Origin: Escherichia phage IME08
Sequence record: NC_014260.1
Length of the DNA: 64,000 nt
Strand: one strand, 5' to 3'
The notes under the pieces were generated by a model. The model saw nothing but the letters and a program-made list of their open reading frames with translations. It was not told the DNA's origin and ran no database searches. Below are positions 52,841 through 64,000 of this stretch, piece by piece (the first letter of the stretch is position 1; each line of letters opens with the position of its first letter). A program made the translations under genes and the position numbers.

Positions 52841-53746
52841 TTATAGACCAGCTAACAGGTCGTCCAGACCATCGTCATCAGAAGGACTTACTGACGGCTC
52901 AGGAGTAGTGGAACGAGTTGGTGTAGACGGTTTAGAATCATATGCATCAAGGTCTGCACTGAAGGCGTCCAGGTCATCACCAATCTTATCAGCGGCTGCA
53001 GAAGCTTTAGCGGCAGCACCACCAAGAGCAGCTGTACCAACAACTTTCTTAAACTTGGCTTCGTTAGTTTCGAATGATTTGAAATCGAGCAGTTTAGAAA
53101 GGTCGTGCATTTCTTCCATCAATTTAGCTTGGTAAGCTTCATCATTGATGTTAGGAATTTCAGACTGACCCATGAATTTGGAATCATCGTAGTTCTTGAA
53201 GTCGCCAACTTTCTTAGATTTCAGTACGAAGTTCGCACCATCAAACGGACATGTTACGTCAACCGGCACTTCACCAATATCAGTATCAACTTCAACCATC
53301 TGGTTGATTTTATCCATAATTTTCTGACCGAAACGGAATTTAAACACTTTACCTTCGTTAGCAGGCACTGCACTATCCTTAATAACAAGGATGTTAGCCC
53401 AGAAGGAAGTTTTACGTTTCATCAGTTTGTATTCGGCATTATTAGTATTAAAGGTATCATTCTGGTTCATGTATTTACATACAGGACACGAATCGAAATC
53501 ACCGTGAGTAGACGTACAGTTTTCAATGTACCATTGACCATTTTTCTTAAAACCGTGGTTAACGAGCTTAATGAATGGAGATGGATTTTCTTCGTTTTTC
53601 GAAGGTAGGAAACGAATTACCGCAGTACCAACACCGTTGTCATCTTTCAATTTCCATTCAGCTTTATCATCGGAAGAGAAAGAAGAACCACCTTTCATTG
53701 CGGACAGTTGAGCAGCCAGTTGGGAAGGGTCTTTACGTTTAAACAT
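52841..53746 (-). CDS. 32: Single-stranded DNA-binding protein gp32
   Basis: 301 aa; matches recalled T4 gp32 (MFKRK...VIRFLPSK...DSCPVC...LLAGL). Confidence 0.95.
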   Translation of the reverse strand: MFKRKDPSQLAAQLSAMKGGSSFSSDDKAEWKLKDDNGVGTAVIRFLPSKNEENPSPFIKLVNHGFKKNGQWYIENCTSTHGDFDSCPVCKYMNQNDTFNTNNAEYKLMKRKTSFWANILVIKDSAVPANEGKVFKFRFGQKIMDKINQMVEVDTDIGEVPVDVTCPFDGANFVLKSKKVGDFKNYDDSKFMGQSEIPNINDEAYQAKLMEEMHDLSKLLDFKSFETNEAKFKKVVGTAALGGAAAKASAAADKIGDDLDAFSADLDAYDSKPSTPTRSTTPEPSVSPSDDDGLDDLLAGL

Positions 53747-53835
53747 TTTATTTACCTTAGCAGATTTAGCAGTTGTATTTTATTAACAGTTTTTAACAGA
53801 TTGAGTTAGTATATTAACACAGTTTATTTGGAGCA

Positions 53836-54489
53836 TTAAAACTTACAAGATTTGATAGTTTCAATGAACAATTTACGAGCTTCTAAATTATCAATTATAA
53901 GGATTTTCTTATAAGCATTTAATTTAGTCGAATACTTAGACCACACTAAATCGTTGGTCTGTTCATCATGTTTATTTATTATATCCATAAATGAATCAAG
54001 CAAAATAAACGTTTCGAATGAAATAACATTCGATTGAAGGAGCTTAAAAATATAGCTCGAGTTAACTTTTTTATTATAATCAAAAATTTCAGAAAGCGCT
54101 TGAACTTCCACTTTCTTACTAAAATAATAAATGTTTTTGATATCATCCTCAAAAACTTGTTTTATTCTTTTAAGTCTACCGATATATTCTCGGTAAAAGA
54201 CTAAGGCGTCAGCATCACTGATGTCGCCAATCCATGCGTCTTGGTTAGCCACCAAGTTACTCATGAAGATAAGAGCAAGCTCTTTCAAAGTGTATTTATC
54301 ACTCAATTTCTCAAAGAAATATTTGTCACGACGTTTTTGATAAGCCGTATCAGAGATTCGCATGACCCAGTTATATTTTATAACGTCGTATTTGGCATTG
54401 AAGTGATGTTTGAGCATTAAGTATAGTGAATATACGCTCTTACCATTCACCATACGGTTATTGTTTGGTGGCATGCGAATCTTAATCAT
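53836..54489 (-). CDS. 59: Helicase loader gp59
   Basis: 217 aa, T4 order. Confidence 0.88.
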   Translation of the reverse strand: MIKIRMPPNNNRMVNGKSVYSLYLMLKHHFNAKYDVIKYNWVMRISDTAYQKRRDKYFFEKLSDKYTLKELALIFMSNLVANQDAWIGDISDADALVFYREYIGRLKRIKQVFEDDIKNIYYFSKKVEVQALSEIFDYNKKVNSSYIFKLLQSNVISFETFILLDSFMDIINKHDEQTNDLVWSKYSTKLNAYKKILIIDNLEARKLFIETIKSCKF

Positions 54490-54788
54490 AACAAGAAATC
54501 CAGGGTATTAGTCTTTTGCGTTCGGGCCATTGAAGGTCGAAGCAAGTTATCATCAATGGCTTCGTTCATAATTTTATCAATAATTCCTGCAGGCAAATAA
54601 CGAGCAAAGTTACCTTCAGGGATGCTGTTCTCTTCCAACCATGCGGTAGCCGCTTCGAGATAGCTACATCCTTCAGCCTCAACAAAGGCCTCAATATCAA
54701 GGCCATTCTGTTGTTTGTTCACCAATACATGGACAGGTTCGGAAGCGGTATTAACCGCTCCATCAAAATCATTCAAAGATTGTGTCAT
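54486..54788 (-). CDS. 33: Late transcription co-activator gp33
   Basis: C-terminus LLRPSMARTQKTNTLDFLL resembles recalled T4 gp33 end. Confidence 0.8.
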   Translation of the reverse strand: MTQSLNDFDGAVNTASEPVHVLVNKQQNGLDIEAFVEAEGCSYLEAATAWLEENSIPEGNFARYLPAGIIDKIMNEAIDDNLLRPSMARTQKTNTLDFLL

Positions 54789-55047
54789 ACAGTTCTACCA
54801 CTTCAGTTTTTTCGTCTTCGAAACGTTCACGAGTGCCTTTATGATACAGGGAGAACAGTTGGTTAAACATTTTACCGTCTACACCAAGTTCAGTCTTAGC
54901 ACGGTCTTTGATATCTTTAATTTCGTCACCGTAAGCTTCCATTTTTAATTTAGTATCGGAAGCCGACTTAATCAGTTGTGCCAATGTGTTGCCATGTTCT
55001 TCTTGATTGAATTCAACTTTCACTTTTTCTTTAGCCATTATATTCAC
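54769..55047 (-). CDS. dsbA: DsbA-like dsDNA-binding protein
   Basis: 92 aa, position between gp33 and rnh. Confidence 0.65.
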   Translation of the reverse strand: MNIMAKEKVKVEFNQEEHGNTLAQLIKSASDTKLKMEAYGDEIKDIKDRAKTELGVDGKMFNQLFSLYHKGTRERFEDEKTEVVELYDTIFE

Positions 55048-55048
55048 C

Positions 55049-55996
55049 TTAATAAAAATCAGCTACTGTAGCGGTTAGTTTAGACAAACCGGATTTAACG
55101 AAATAAGGATAAACTTTAGATTTCGAAGGTTTGTTATACGTATTATATCTTTCAGTAATTAAAGCAACAATATCATCCGGAATAAAGTCCATATCAATTA
55201 AGATTTGGTTTTCACAGAAACGTTCATATTGTTCTTCAGTAAGAAGTGTTTTAATTATATCATGGTCATAATAATTAAGAGCAATTGCTTCAAGTTCCTT
55301 AGCACGAGTGCTAGGAGTACGTTCACCTTCAACCATTGTCAACCAGTAATCACCACGAACTTTAATACTCGCGACGTTATCTTTACGGTCGCCTTTAACT
55401 ACTTTAGTTACGCAATCAAGCAAGGCATCACCAGATTTCGTTTTGACGAATTTTTTCTGCATTGGAGACCATTGTTTCACCCCAGGGAATTTATGGAGTT
55501 GGGTAAAGTCACCATCAGAAGAACCAATCATAACCGGATGGCCTAAAGCCGTGAGGATTCGGGTTAAAACAGCAATATGGTCATCAGCTTCGATTGTATC
55601 GATGTTCATAACAATATAAGGCATGTTTTGTTCCAGTTCATCAACAATAATATGCATTGCTGTGAATAAACCTTCCCAATCAAATGGTGATTCGTCACGT
55701 GCCTTAGCACGGTTTTTCTTATAATAAGAAGAATAACGACGACGCCAATAACCTGATTTAGAGTTATCAACACAAATAATCAGTTGGTTGTAACCTTGTT
55801 TTTTAAAGTCTTTAATGTTTTTCTTAATTGAATTCAACACAAGGTGTCGAAGCATTGCTGTAGTTACTTTAGGAAATCCAGCATTTTCACCAAATTCTTG
55901 GAATGCGGCAGCCATAATGATTTGGCTAAAGTCTAACAACAAGAATCCATCTTTTTGACGTTCTTCTTCAGGAAGTAAAAAATCTAAATCGTTCAT
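55049..55996 (-). CDS. rnh: RNase H (5'-3' exonuclease / flap endonuclease)
   Basis: Matches recalled T4 RNase H; start at MNDLDFLL because upstream ATG lies in promoter -10. Confidence 0.9.
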   Translation of the reverse strand: MNDLDFLLPEEERQKDGFLLLDFSQIIMAAAFQEFGENAGFPKVTTAMLRHLVLNSIKKNIKDFKKQGYNQLIICVDNSKSGYWRRRYSSYYKKNRAKARDESPFDWEGLFTAMHIIVDELEQNMPYIVMNIDTIEADDHIAVLTRILTALGHPVMIGSSDGDFTQLHKFPGVKQWSPMQKKFVKTKSGDALLDCVTKVVKGDRKDNVASIKVRGDYWLTMVEGERTPSTRAKELEAIALNYYDHDIIKTLLTEEQYERFCENQILIDMDFIPDDIVALITERYNTYNKPSKSKVYPYFVKSGLSKLTATVADFY

Positions 55997-56027
55997 ATGA
56001 ACCTCTGTCCAATTAGTGTAGAGGTTC

Positions 56028-56056
56028 ATTATATCATGACCCTAGAAGAAGTAAAC
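56028..56056 (-). promoter_or_regulatory. Early promoter GTTTAC-N17-TATAAT for rnh
   Basis: Minus strand GTTTACTTCTTCTAGGGTCATGATATAAT. Confidence 0.55.
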
Positions 56057-56063
56057 ACTTTGC

Positions 56064-56071
56064 TATAAATA
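56064..56071 (+). promoter_or_regulatory. Late promoter TATAAATA upstream of gp34
   Basis: Exact motif about 32 nt before ATG. Confidence 0.6.
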
Positions 56072-56103
56072 GTTCTATACCCTGAAAACGAAAAGGAAAT
56101 AAA

Positions 56104-59100
56104 ATGGCTGATATTTTAAAACCTGCATTCCGTGCTACATCCGGACTCGATGCTGCGGGCGAGAAAGTTATCAATGTTGCCAAAGCCGATTACAATGTAT
56201 TAGATGATGGCGTCAACGTTGAATTCTTTATAGATGAGAACACCATCCAGGCGTACGACGAGACGCGCGGATATAAGAAAGGGTTTGCAGTAATCCATGA
56301 CCAACGTATCTGGGTTGCTCAACGTGATATCGATGCTCCTGCAGGAACCTTTGTACCTGGTTATTGGACTGCTACCCGTACTGACCCTAAATGGATTACC
56401 GTAGCGTCTCCTACACGCCAGCTGGCTTCCGGTGAATATATTGCAGTAGATTCTGCTGCTAGCTTTACTACATTTACCCTGCCTCCTAACCCTACTGATG
56501 GCGATACCGTTGTAATTAAAGATATTGGCGGACGTGTTGGTTATAACGAAATCAAGGTCCAATCTAGTTCTGCTCCTGGCGGCGGTAACCAGAAAATTGT
56601 TCGTTTTGGTAATCAGTTTACTGAGACCTTAATTACGAAGCCTTTTTCTTATAACATGCTTATCTTTGCTAACCGTCTTTGGCATTTCTGGGAAGCAGGT
56701 AATGAAGAACGTGGTATCCGTGTAGAACCAAACATGGCCCAGTTCCAATCACAAGCAGGTGATAACGTTCTCCGTCGTTATACTTCAGGTGCAATAATTA
56801 AGTTTACTCTTCCTAAGTATGCAAACCAAGGTGATATGATTAAAACCGTTGATATCGATGGTTTAGGAAGTAAGTTCCACTTAATCGTTGAAACGTTTGA
56901 TGCTTCATCTTCATTAGGTAAGCTTGGTCAGCATAGCATGGAATTCCGTACCTCAGGTGATGGATTCTTTGTTTATAACTCTACCGAAAAATTATGGTAT
57001 GTTTGGGACGGCGACCGTCAAACTCGTTTACGTGTAATTCGTGACGATGTTGAGCTCTTGGCTAATGAAAGTGTTATTGTTTTTGGCCCTAATAATACAA
57101 CACCACAGACGATTAATATCACATTACCCACAAGCGTAGCCCAGGGTGATGTCGTTAAGATTGCTCTGAACTATCTCCGTAAAGCTCAGACGGTAAATAT
57201 TAAGGCAGCCGTAGGAGATAAAATAGCTTCTTCGGTTCAATTGCTCCAGTTCCCTAAACGTTCTGAATATCCGCCGGATACCGAATGGGTATTGAATGAT
57301 GTATTGACTTTCAATGGTAACTTAAGTTATACTCCGGTTATTGAACTGAGTTATATCGAAGACTCAACCACAGGTGGCAAATATTGGGTTGTTGCCCAGA
57401 ACGTTCCTACTGTAGAACGTGTGGATTCTAAGGATGATTTAACTCGCGCGCGTCTCGGTGTTATTGCTCTGGCGTCACAGACCCAAGCAAACGTCGACCA
57501 TGAAAATAATCCTGAAAAAGAACTGGCTATCACCCCACAGACTTTAGCTAATCGTGTAGCGACTGAATCACGACGTGGTATTGCTCGTATTGCTACAACT
57601 GCTCAGGTAAACCAGAATACTGGATTTGCATTCCAGGACGATTTGATTATTTCTCCTAAGAAATTAAACGAACGTACTGCTACCGAAACTCGTCGTGGTG
57701 TCGCTGAAATTGCTACGCAACAGGAAACTGATGCAGGTGTTGATGATACAACCATTATCACTCCTAAGAAGCTACAGACGCGCCAGGGAACCGAAACCCT
57801 GTCAGGTATAGTAAAATACGTATCCACCACAGGAACCACTCCTGCGGACTCTAGAGCAACTGTAGGTACTAACGTTTATAATAAGAACACAACTACTTTA
57901 GTTATTTCTCCTAAAGCTTTGGACCAATATAAAGCTAACTATGAGAACCAAGGCGCTGTATATCTTGCTACGCAAGCCGAAGTTAACGCTGGTGCTACTA
58001 ACCAAGGTTTTAGTAACTCAGCTGTTACACCTGAAACATTAGGTGCTCGTCGTGCTACTGATACTAATCACGGTTTAATTGAAATTGCTACGCAAGCAGA
58101 GACTGATGCTGGAACTGATTATACTCGTGCGGTAACGCCTAAGACGTTAAATGACAGGAATGCTACTCAAACACTTACTGGTATTGCTCGTATTGGTACT
58201 CAAGTAGAATTTGATGCAGGTGTATTAGATAATGTTATTTCAACTCCGTTGAAAATTAAAACACGTTTTAATAATACTGCTAGAACTTCTGTCTCAGCAG
58301 CCAGTGGTTTGGTTGAATCAGGAACCTTATGGAACCATTATACACTAGATATCCGAGAAGCAAGTAATACTCAACGTGGTACGGCTCGTTTGGCTACCCA
58401 AACTGAAGTTAATACTGGTACCGATGACAAAACAATCATCACTCCGCTTAAGCTTCAAGCTAAAAAGGCTACCGAAAACGCTGAAGGTATTATCCAACTC
58501 GCTACTCAGGCCGAAGTTATTGATGGTACGGTAAGTAATAAAGCGTTTAGTCCTAAGCATTACAAATATATCGTTCAACAGGAAAAATCCTGGGAAGCTA
58601 CTTCTGCTCGTAGAGGATATGTTAAATTAACCACAGGTACAGCCACTTGGGAAGGTGACGACACTAATGGTTCTGTTGCTAACCTGGCTAAATTTGAAGA
58701 TTCCGGCTTTGCTATTTCCCCTCTTCAAATGAACACCGCTTTAACTCATTATCTTCCGATTAAAGGTAAGGCTTTTGACTCTGATAAATTGGACAACCTG
58801 GATAGCTCTCAGTTCGTCAGGAGAGATATTGACCAAATAGTTGAAGGAACATTAACCCTTCGTAAAAACATCAGAGTGGATGGCCAGTTGGCTACAGGCG
58901 GTACTGGTGAATTTGGTGGTTCTTTAGCTGCTAATAGCACATTTACCCTCCGTAATACAGGAACGGCTACGCGTATAATATTTGAAAAGGGTCCTCAAAC
59001 AGGAACCAACCCTGCCCAATCTATGAGTATTCGCGTATGGGGTAACCAATTTGGCGGCGGGTCCGACCAAACCCGTTCTACAGTGTTTGAAGTTGGCGAT

Positions 59101-60003
59101 GAAACCTCTAACCACTTCTATAGCCAGCGTAACAATTTAGGTAACATTACCATGAGTATTAATGGTACTGTCCAACCTATTAATGTTAACGCTTCAGGTT
59201 CATTGAACGCTTCCGGTGTTGCAACATTTGGTAGTTCAGTTACGGCCAATGGTGAATTCATTAGCAAGTCTGCAAACGCATTTAGAGCAATTAGTGGTGA
59301 TTACGGATTCCTTATTCGCAATGATGGCACTAATACCTATTTTTTGCTAACCCATCCAGGAGGCCAGACTGGCGGATTTAGTGGATTGCGTCCTTTAGCT
59401 ATTAATAATACATCCGGCCAGGTTACAATTGCCGAAGGGCTTGTTATTGCTAAAGGTGCTACTATAAACTCAGGTGGTTTAACTGTTAATTCTAGAATTC
59501 GTTCACAGGGTTCTAAACCTGCTGACCTTTATTCGAGAAAACCTGATGCAGATAATACAGGCTTCTGGTCTGTTGACGTTAATGATTCAGCCACATATAA
59601 CCAGTTCCCAGGTTATTTTAAAATGGTTGAAAAGACCAACGAAGTAACCGGACTGCCGTATCTGGTCCGCGGTGAAGAAGTTAAATCTCCTGGTACGTTA
59701 ACTCAGTTCGGTAACACTCTGAATTCGCTTTACCAAGATTGGATTACCTATCCAAATACTGCAGACGGAAGCACTACTCGTTGGACTCGTACTTGGCAGC
59801 AAAATAAAAATGCTTGGTCTGGATTTGTTCAGGTATTTGATGGCGGTAACCCACCACAACCGTCCGATATCGGTGCTTTGCCTTCTGACAACGCTTCAAT
59901 GAGTAACTTGACCATTCGTGATTGGTTACGTATCGGTAACGTACGTATGGTTCCGGACCCGGTAACTCGTTCTGTTAAATTCGAATGGATTGATACACCA
60001 TAA
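56104..60003 (+). CDS. 34: Long tail fibre proximal subunit gp34
   Basis: 1299 aa; T4 gp34 size and position. Confidence 0.95.
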   Translation: MADILKPAFRATSGLDAAGEKVINVAKADYNVLDDGVNVEFFIDENTIQAYDETRGYKKGFAVIHDQRIWVAQRDIDAPAGTFVPGYWTATRTDPKWITVASPTRQLASGEYIAVDSAASFTTFTLPPNPTDGDTVVIKDIGGRVGYNEIKVQSSSAPGGGNQKIVRFGNQFTETLITKPFSYNMLIFANRLWHFWEAGNEERGIRVEPNMAQFQSQAGDNVLRRYTSGAIIKFTLPKYANQGDMIKTVDIDGLGSKFHLIVETFDASSSLGKLGQHSMEFRTSGDGFFVYNSTEKLWYVWDGDRQTRLRVIRDDVELLANESVIVFGPNNTTPQTINITLPTSVAQGDVVKIALNYLRKAQTVNIKAAVGDKIASSVQLLQFPKRSEYPPDTEWVLNDVLTFNGNLSYTPVIELSYIEDSTTGGKYWVVAQNVPTVERVDSKDDLTRARLGVIALASQTQANVDHENNPEKELAITPQTLANRVATESRRGIARIATTAQVNQNTGFAFQDDLIISPKKLNERTATETRRGVAEIATQQETDAGVDDTTIITPKKLQTRQGTETLSGIVKYVSTTGTTPADSRATVGTNVYNKNTTTLVISPKALDQYKANYENQGAVYLATQAEVNAGATNQGFSNSAVTPETLGARRATDTNHGLIEIATQAETDAGTDYTRAVTPKTLNDRNATQTLTGIARIGTQVEFDAGVLDNVISTPLKIKTRFNNTARTSVSAASGLVESGTLWNHYTLDIREASNTQRGTARLATQTEVNTGTDDKTIITPLKLQAKKATENAEGIIQLATQAEVIDGTVSNKAFSPKHYKYIVQQEKSWEATSARRGYVKLTTGTATWEGDDTNGSVANLAKFEDSGFAISPLQMNTALTHYLPIKGKAFDSDKLDNLDSSQFVRRDIDQIVEGTLTLRKNIRVDGQLATGGTGEFGGSLAANSTFTLRNTGTATRIIFEKGPQTGTNPAQSMSIRVWGNQFGGGSDQTRSTVFEVGDETSNHFYSQRNNLGNITMSINGTVQPINVNASGSLNASGVATFGSSVTANGEFISKSANAFRAISGDYGFLIRNDGTNTYFLLTHPGGQTGGFSGLRPLAINNTSGQVTIAEGLVIAKGATINSGGLTVNSRIRSQGSKPADLYSRKPDADNTGFWSVDVNDSATYNQFPGYFKMVEKTNEVTGLPYLVRGEEVKSPGTLTQFGNTLNSLYQDWITYPNTADGSTTRWTRTWQQNKNAWSGFVQVFDGGNPPQPSDIGALPSDNASMSNLTIRDWLRIGNVRMVPDPVTRSVKFEWIDTP

Positions 60004-60011
60004 GAGGTAAT

Positions 60012-61136
60012 ATGGAAAGATTTATGGCTGAATTTGGACAAGATTACGTTCAAATTCCTGTACTATCTGAAAATAATGCCGTTAGTTATAAACTTAGTAT
60101 AGCAGGGAGCTGTACTAAGTCCACTAAAAAGGCTTATATTAAATTTCAAGATGAGGACTTAGGTCCTCAGAATTTCCAATCTGGCCTAAATTTGGTTGAA
60201 ATAGACCCGACCAATAACACAATAGTGACTACAAAATCATACGCCTTTACTAAAGACCATGATGTTATTTCCCAAGCGTTTATAACTTATATTTCGTCTA
60301 TACCCGCCGGTAGAATTGTTTGCTTTATTTCTTCCGGTAAATTAAACGCCTCACAGGTATTAATTGATTGGTTTAGAGCTTCCGGTTCTACAGCGTTTCC
60401 AGATAAATGGCTCATTGATAAAGTGGATACTTCTTATTCAGCTTTTTATGTTTCAGGAAGGAATGCTATAGTAATGGAACACGTGCTTTATAACGACGGC
60501 GTTTTGGTAGAAGACGTTTCCACCCCATTAGAAGTCGTTTATGACAACTTTAATGATGTAGGAGGAACTGGGTTCCCTGTTAGAGTCATTGAAGATGAAA
60601 ACACTTACTATAGTGGAGCTACTCAAGAAATTAAAAGGTTTCCTACCGAATCCACTATAACTCCTTGTGCCGGTTATAATATGGTTCCTGGAGATTTCTT
60701 TTATCTCAAATTTCAAATGACCTACGACCAGGCTTTAAAAGATTTAGGAACGACCCAGATGTCCATACGATTTTTTAATGGCCAGGAAATGATTCAATCC
60801 ACTGATATCAATATTCCTGTAGGAGCGGGCTCTCCACCAGCAGGTGCATGGATGTCTTTTGAGCGCGTAATAGAAGTTCCGCCGAATGCCAATGGTTTTA
60901 CATTATATTGTAGAAAAACTGTCTCAGGCGGAGTAGGAGGTGTTAGGAATGTTATGTTTGGTGAAATAGCTAGACCTGAAGATACTCCTAAATCCGCTGA
61001 AATTGGTGTTAACGGTATTCGTATGAGCTACGGTACTGAAACCCGTTCAATGGGTAATGTTATTGCACAATTGAATGACAAATCATCTGGTAATGCAGGT
61101 AAAGTATTTGTTCAAGAATTTAAAGAAAAATATTAA
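60012..61136 (+). CDS. 35: Long tail fibre hinge protein gp35
   Basis: 374 aa, T4 order. Confidence 0.9.
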   Translation: MERFMAEFGQDYVQIPVLSENNAVSYKLSIAGSCTKSTKKAYIKFQDEDLGPQNFQSGLNLVEIDPTNNTIVTTKSYAFTKDHDVISQAFITYISSIPAGRIVCFISSGKLNASQVLIDWFRASGSTAFPDKWLIDKVDTSYSAFYVSGRNAIVMEHVLYNDGVLVEDVSTPLEVVYDNFNDVGGTGFPVRVIEDENTYYSGATQEIKRFPTESTITPCAGYNMVPGDFFYLKFQMTYDQALKDLGTTQMSIRFFNGQEMIQSTDINIPVGAGSPPAGAWMSFERVIEVPPNANGFTLYCRKTVSGGVGGVRNVMFGEIARPEDTPKSAEIGVNGIRMSYGTETRSMGNVIAQLNDKSSGNAGKVFVQEFKEKY

Positions 61137-61158
61137 GGGACCTTACGGTCCCTTTTTT
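61135..61158 (+). terminator. Rho-independent terminator after gp35
   Basis: AAGGGACC-TTAC-GGTCCCTT followed by TTTTTG. Confidence 0.65.
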
Positions 61159-61160
61159 GC

Positions 61161-61168
61161 TATAAATA
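61161..61168 (+). promoter_or_regulatory. Late promoter TATAAATA upstream of gp36
   Basis: Exact motif. Confidence 0.6.
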
Positions 61169-61193
61169 CGTTATCTAATAAAGAGGAATAACT

Positions 61194-61853
61194 ATGGCTG
61201 ATTTAAAATTAGGCTCAACCGCTGGAGGTTCCGTTATATGGCACCAAGGCAATTTTCCGCTGACGCCGGTATCAAATGATATTTTATATAAGACCTACAA
61301 AATCTATACTGAATTTAATAAGCCTCAAGCCGCTGATAACGATTTTGTTTCTAAGGCCAACGGTGGGAATTATTTAGGTACAGTAAACTTTGATAAAGAC
61401 TTGCAATTTAAAGATTCTGATGGATACTGGGTTAAATTAGGTAGAAAAACCAATACAACTCCAATGTCATCCACGTATTCTTTCTCATTCAGAATGAGTA
61501 AAGGCATGGGTCTTGAAACTGAAACAGGAACCCCATTTGTAATCTTTGACCCTAGCACTACAGTAGGAGCTAACCGTCTTACAGTAATGGGTGATATCCT
61601 TGGACGTCAAATTAAAGACGAATCCGGAAGAGTATTTTCTCCAGGGAATACTCCGACAAAAGCCCAGGTGGGTTTAAGCGATGTAGATAACGCAAAACAG
61701 GTCCAAATAAATAATAGTAACATACAATCTATGGCTGGCGTTCTTTCAGCCCCGAATTTTATATCTAGGAACCCAGGTACATTGAACGAACACGTTCCTC
61801 GTATCGACCAGGTTGTTCTTAGAGGTACATCTGAAGATTTTGGATATTATTAA
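61194..61853 (+). CDS. 36: Long tail fibre distal connector gp36
   Basis: 219 aa, T4 order. Confidence 0.9.
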   Translation: MADLKLGSTAGGSVIWHQGNFPLTPVSNDILYKTYKIYTEFNKPQAADNDFVSKANGGNYLGTVNFDKDLQFKDSDGYWVKLGRKTNTTPMSSTYSFSFRMSKGMGLETETGTPFVIFDPSTTVGANRLTVMGDILGRQIKDESGRVFSPGNTPTKAQVGLSDVDNAKQVQINNSNIQSMAGVLSAPNFISRNPGTLNEHVPRIDQVVLRGTSEDFGYY

Positions 61854-61861
61854 GAGGCATT

Positions 61862-64000
61862 ATGGCTACTTTAAAATCGATACAATTTAAAAGAAGTAAA
61901 ACACCAGGAGCCAAGCCTACTGCAGCTCAGTTAGATGAAGGCGAACTGGCTATTAACTTGCGTGACCGCACTATTTTTACTAAGTCAGACCAGGGACAGA
62001 TTATTGATTTAGGCTTTGCTAAAGGTGGCCAGGTTGATGGTGACGTGACTATTAACGGCCGTTTGACTTTAGAAGGCGAACTTGTCCAAACTAGTACTGC
62101 GGGTATGAGAACTGAAGGTAGTATTACCGCACCTGTCTTCCGAGCTAGTAAGGGCTCATTTTATTCTAGAGCATCTAATGATACTGCTAATGCTCATTTG
62201 TGGTTTGAAAATACCAACGGTTCTGAACGCGCTGTATTATATGCCAAACCACAGCTTGAAAATGAAGGCGTAATTACAATGCGTGTTCGACAAGGAACCG
62301 CAGCCGGCGCACAGAATTCAGAGTTCCATTTTATTTCTAATGATGGTGGTATCTTCCAGGCACGCAAATTAACTGCTTTAACTTCTATTAGTACACCAAC
62401 TATTAGTGTTAATTTAATTAATCATGATTCTAAAGCCTTTGGACAATACGATTCACAATCATTAGTTCAGTATGTTTATCCAGGCACCGGTGAAACGAAT
62501 GGTGTAAACTATCTTCGTAAAGTTCGTGCTAAATCCGGCGGCACCATGTGGCACGAGCTTTGCACCGCCCAATTAGGTCAAGCTGATGAACTGTCTTGGT
62601 GGACAGGTAATACTCCGTCATCTAAACAATATGGCATTCGTAATGACGGACGAATGGCAGGCCGTAATAGCCTTGCATTAGGTACATTCACTACAGATTT
62701 CCCGTCTAGTGATTATGGTAACGTCGGTGTAATGGGCGATAAGTATCTTGTTCTAGGTGACACTGTAACTGGTCTGAAATATATTAAACAAGGTAATTTT
62801 GATTTAGTAGGTGGAGGTTATTCTGTCGCTTCTGTTACTTCCGACGGCTTCCGTGGGACTAGTAAAACCATATTTGGCCGTAGTAATGACCAAGGTCTTA
62901 CTTGGCTTCTGCCTGGCCAGAACTCTTCTATGGTTTCTATTAGAACCGAAATAGACGGTAATAACTCTGGGGATGGTCAAACCCATTTAGGTTATAATTC
63001 TAATGGTAAACTTTATCATTATTTCCGTGGTACAGGTCGTGTAGCCATTTCTATGGCAGAAGGCATGATTATTGAACCGGGTATTTTGAATATTAAGACC
63101 GGGGTCAATGAACTGAATCTTAGAGCAGATGGCACAGTTTCTACCACCCAACGTCTGCAAATTAATAATGGCCTTGTTCTTAATTCTAATAATAATACTT
63201 CAGCCTTAGCTTTCACTGCTCCTACAGCCGTTGACGGGACAAAAACCCTTAATTGGGATTCAGGTACTCGCGCAGGTCAGAACAAAAACACTGTTATTCT
63301 TAAAGCATGGGGTAACTCATTTAATGCTGAAAAAGGTAATCGTGAAACGGTATGGGAAGTTTCAGATTCACAAGGTTATTATTTTTATGCCCAACGAACC
63401 AATCCAGCTGTTGCTGGTGGTGTGGGACCTGTTAATTTTAAGTTTAACGGAACTGTTGAAACAGGCCATATCATAGGCCTTGGTAATATAAGTGCCTCTG
63501 GTACAGGTTCTTTTGGTGGCAATGTTACCATGACTAATGGCCTGTTTGTCCAAGGTGGTGCTTCAATTAACGGACAAGTTAAAATGGGTGGTACCGCTGA
63601 CGCATTAAGAATTTGGAATGCCGAATACGGTATGATTTTCCGTCGTTCAGAAACAGGTTCTTCTGCTTCATTACATCTTATTCCTACCCTTCAGAACGCT
63701 GGTGAAAACGGTGGAATAAGTGACCTTCGCCCGCTTTCCATTAATTTGGCTAATGGCACGGTTATAATGGGTAATAAAAGTGCTGGATATGGTCCACTTT
63801 TTACAGTAGACAACGTAAGCAAATTTGTTCAGACCGACTGTCGACTGCGTGTTAATATGGATTCCGACGCCATTGTGGTAAATGCTTCATCCCAGGCGGC
63901 ATCTAACTTTATCCAAGGACGTAAAGCCGATGTTACAAAATGGTATTTAGGTATTGGCGACGGTGGTAACGTTGTTCGTTTACATAACTATACTTATTCA
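61862..64000 (+). CDS. 37: Long tail fibre distal subunit gp37, N-terminal part (3' end outside window)
   Basis: Open frame to window end; matches recalled T4 gp37 N-terminus MATLK.IQFKRSK. Confidence 0.9.
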   Translation, partial: MATLKSIQFKRSKTPGAKPTAAQLDEGELAINLRDRTIFTKSDQGQIIDLGFAKGGQVDGDVTINGRLTLEGELVQTSTAGMRTEGSITAPVFRASKGSFYSRASNDTANAHLWFENTNGSERAVLYAKPQLENEGVITMRVRQGTAAGAQNSEFHFISNDGGIFQARKLTALTSISTPTISVNLINHDSKAFGQYDSQSLVQYVYPGTGETNGVNYLRKVRAKSGGTMWHELCTAQLGQADELSWWTGNTPSSKQYGIRNDGRMAGRNSLALGTFTTDFPSSDYGNVGVMGDKYLVLGDTVTGLKYIKQGNFDLVGGGYSVASVTSDGFRGTSKTIFGRSNDQGLTWLLPGQNSSMVSIRTEIDGNNSGDGQTHLGYNSNGKLYHYFRGTGRVAISMAEGMIIEPGILNIKTGVNELNLRADGTVSTTQRLQINNGLVLNSNNNTSALAFTAPTAVDGTKTLNWDSGTRAGQNKNTVILKAWGNSFNAEKGNRETVWEVSDSQGYYFYAQRTNPAVAGGVGPVNFKFNGTVETGHIIGLGNISASGTGSFGGNVTMTNGLFVQGGASINGQVKMGGTADALRIWNAEYGMIFRRSETGSSASLHLIPTLQNAGENGGISDLRPLSINLANGTVIMGNKSAGYGPLFTVDNVSKFVQTDCRLRVNMDSDAIVVNASSQAASNFIQGRKADVTKWYLGIGDGGNVVRLHNYTYS

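Noticed and set aside
55997-56029. Upstream ATG start of rnh given by the ORF track (and similar 5' extensions at 43568, 46466, 36701, 51756, 52036)
   Set aside because: These ATGs fall inside early-promoter -10 elements or terminator hairpins; downstream ATGs with GAGG-type RBS fit better

Overview
This window reads as a contiguous late/early gene block from a T4-like (T-even, Tequatrovirus-type) myovirus, annotated here by recalled similarity to phage T4 proteins and by reading the sequence; no database search was run. The gene order follows T4: gp17 C-terminus, tail sheath/tube (18, 19), portal (20), prohead core/protease/scaffold (67, 68, 21, 22), major capsid gp23, segD-like endonuclease, vertex protein gp24, rnlB, hoc, inh, uvsW, uvsY, baseplate hub genes (25, 26, 51, 27, 28, 29, 48, 54), alt, DNA ligase gp30 and the 30.x cluster, rIII, gp31, cd, pnk, spanins, alc-like, rnlA, denA, nrdB, nrdA, td, frd, gp32, gp59, gp33, dsbA, rnh, and long tail fibre genes 34-36 plus the 5' part of 37. 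Many TATAAATA late promoters, GTTTAC-N17/18-TAYTAT early promoters on the minus strand and GC-rich hairpin terminators are visible. The most unusual region is the capsid-decoration locus between gp24 and inh. It holds a tandem gp24 paralog, a roughly 400-codon collagen-like (Gly-X-Y) open frame with no canonical start codon that abuts a small upstream ORF in the -1 frame, and a second Hoc-like Ig-domain gene convergent with hoc. Both plus-strand insertions begin with small ORFs sharing an M-x-D-x-x-L-[FY]-G-H-D-G-R-G motif. Other departures from the T4 arrangement as I recall it are two tandem Alt-family ADP-ribosyltransferase genes, intact intron-less td and nrdB, and a GIY-YIG endonuclease between uvsW.1 and uvsY rather than at the segE position.
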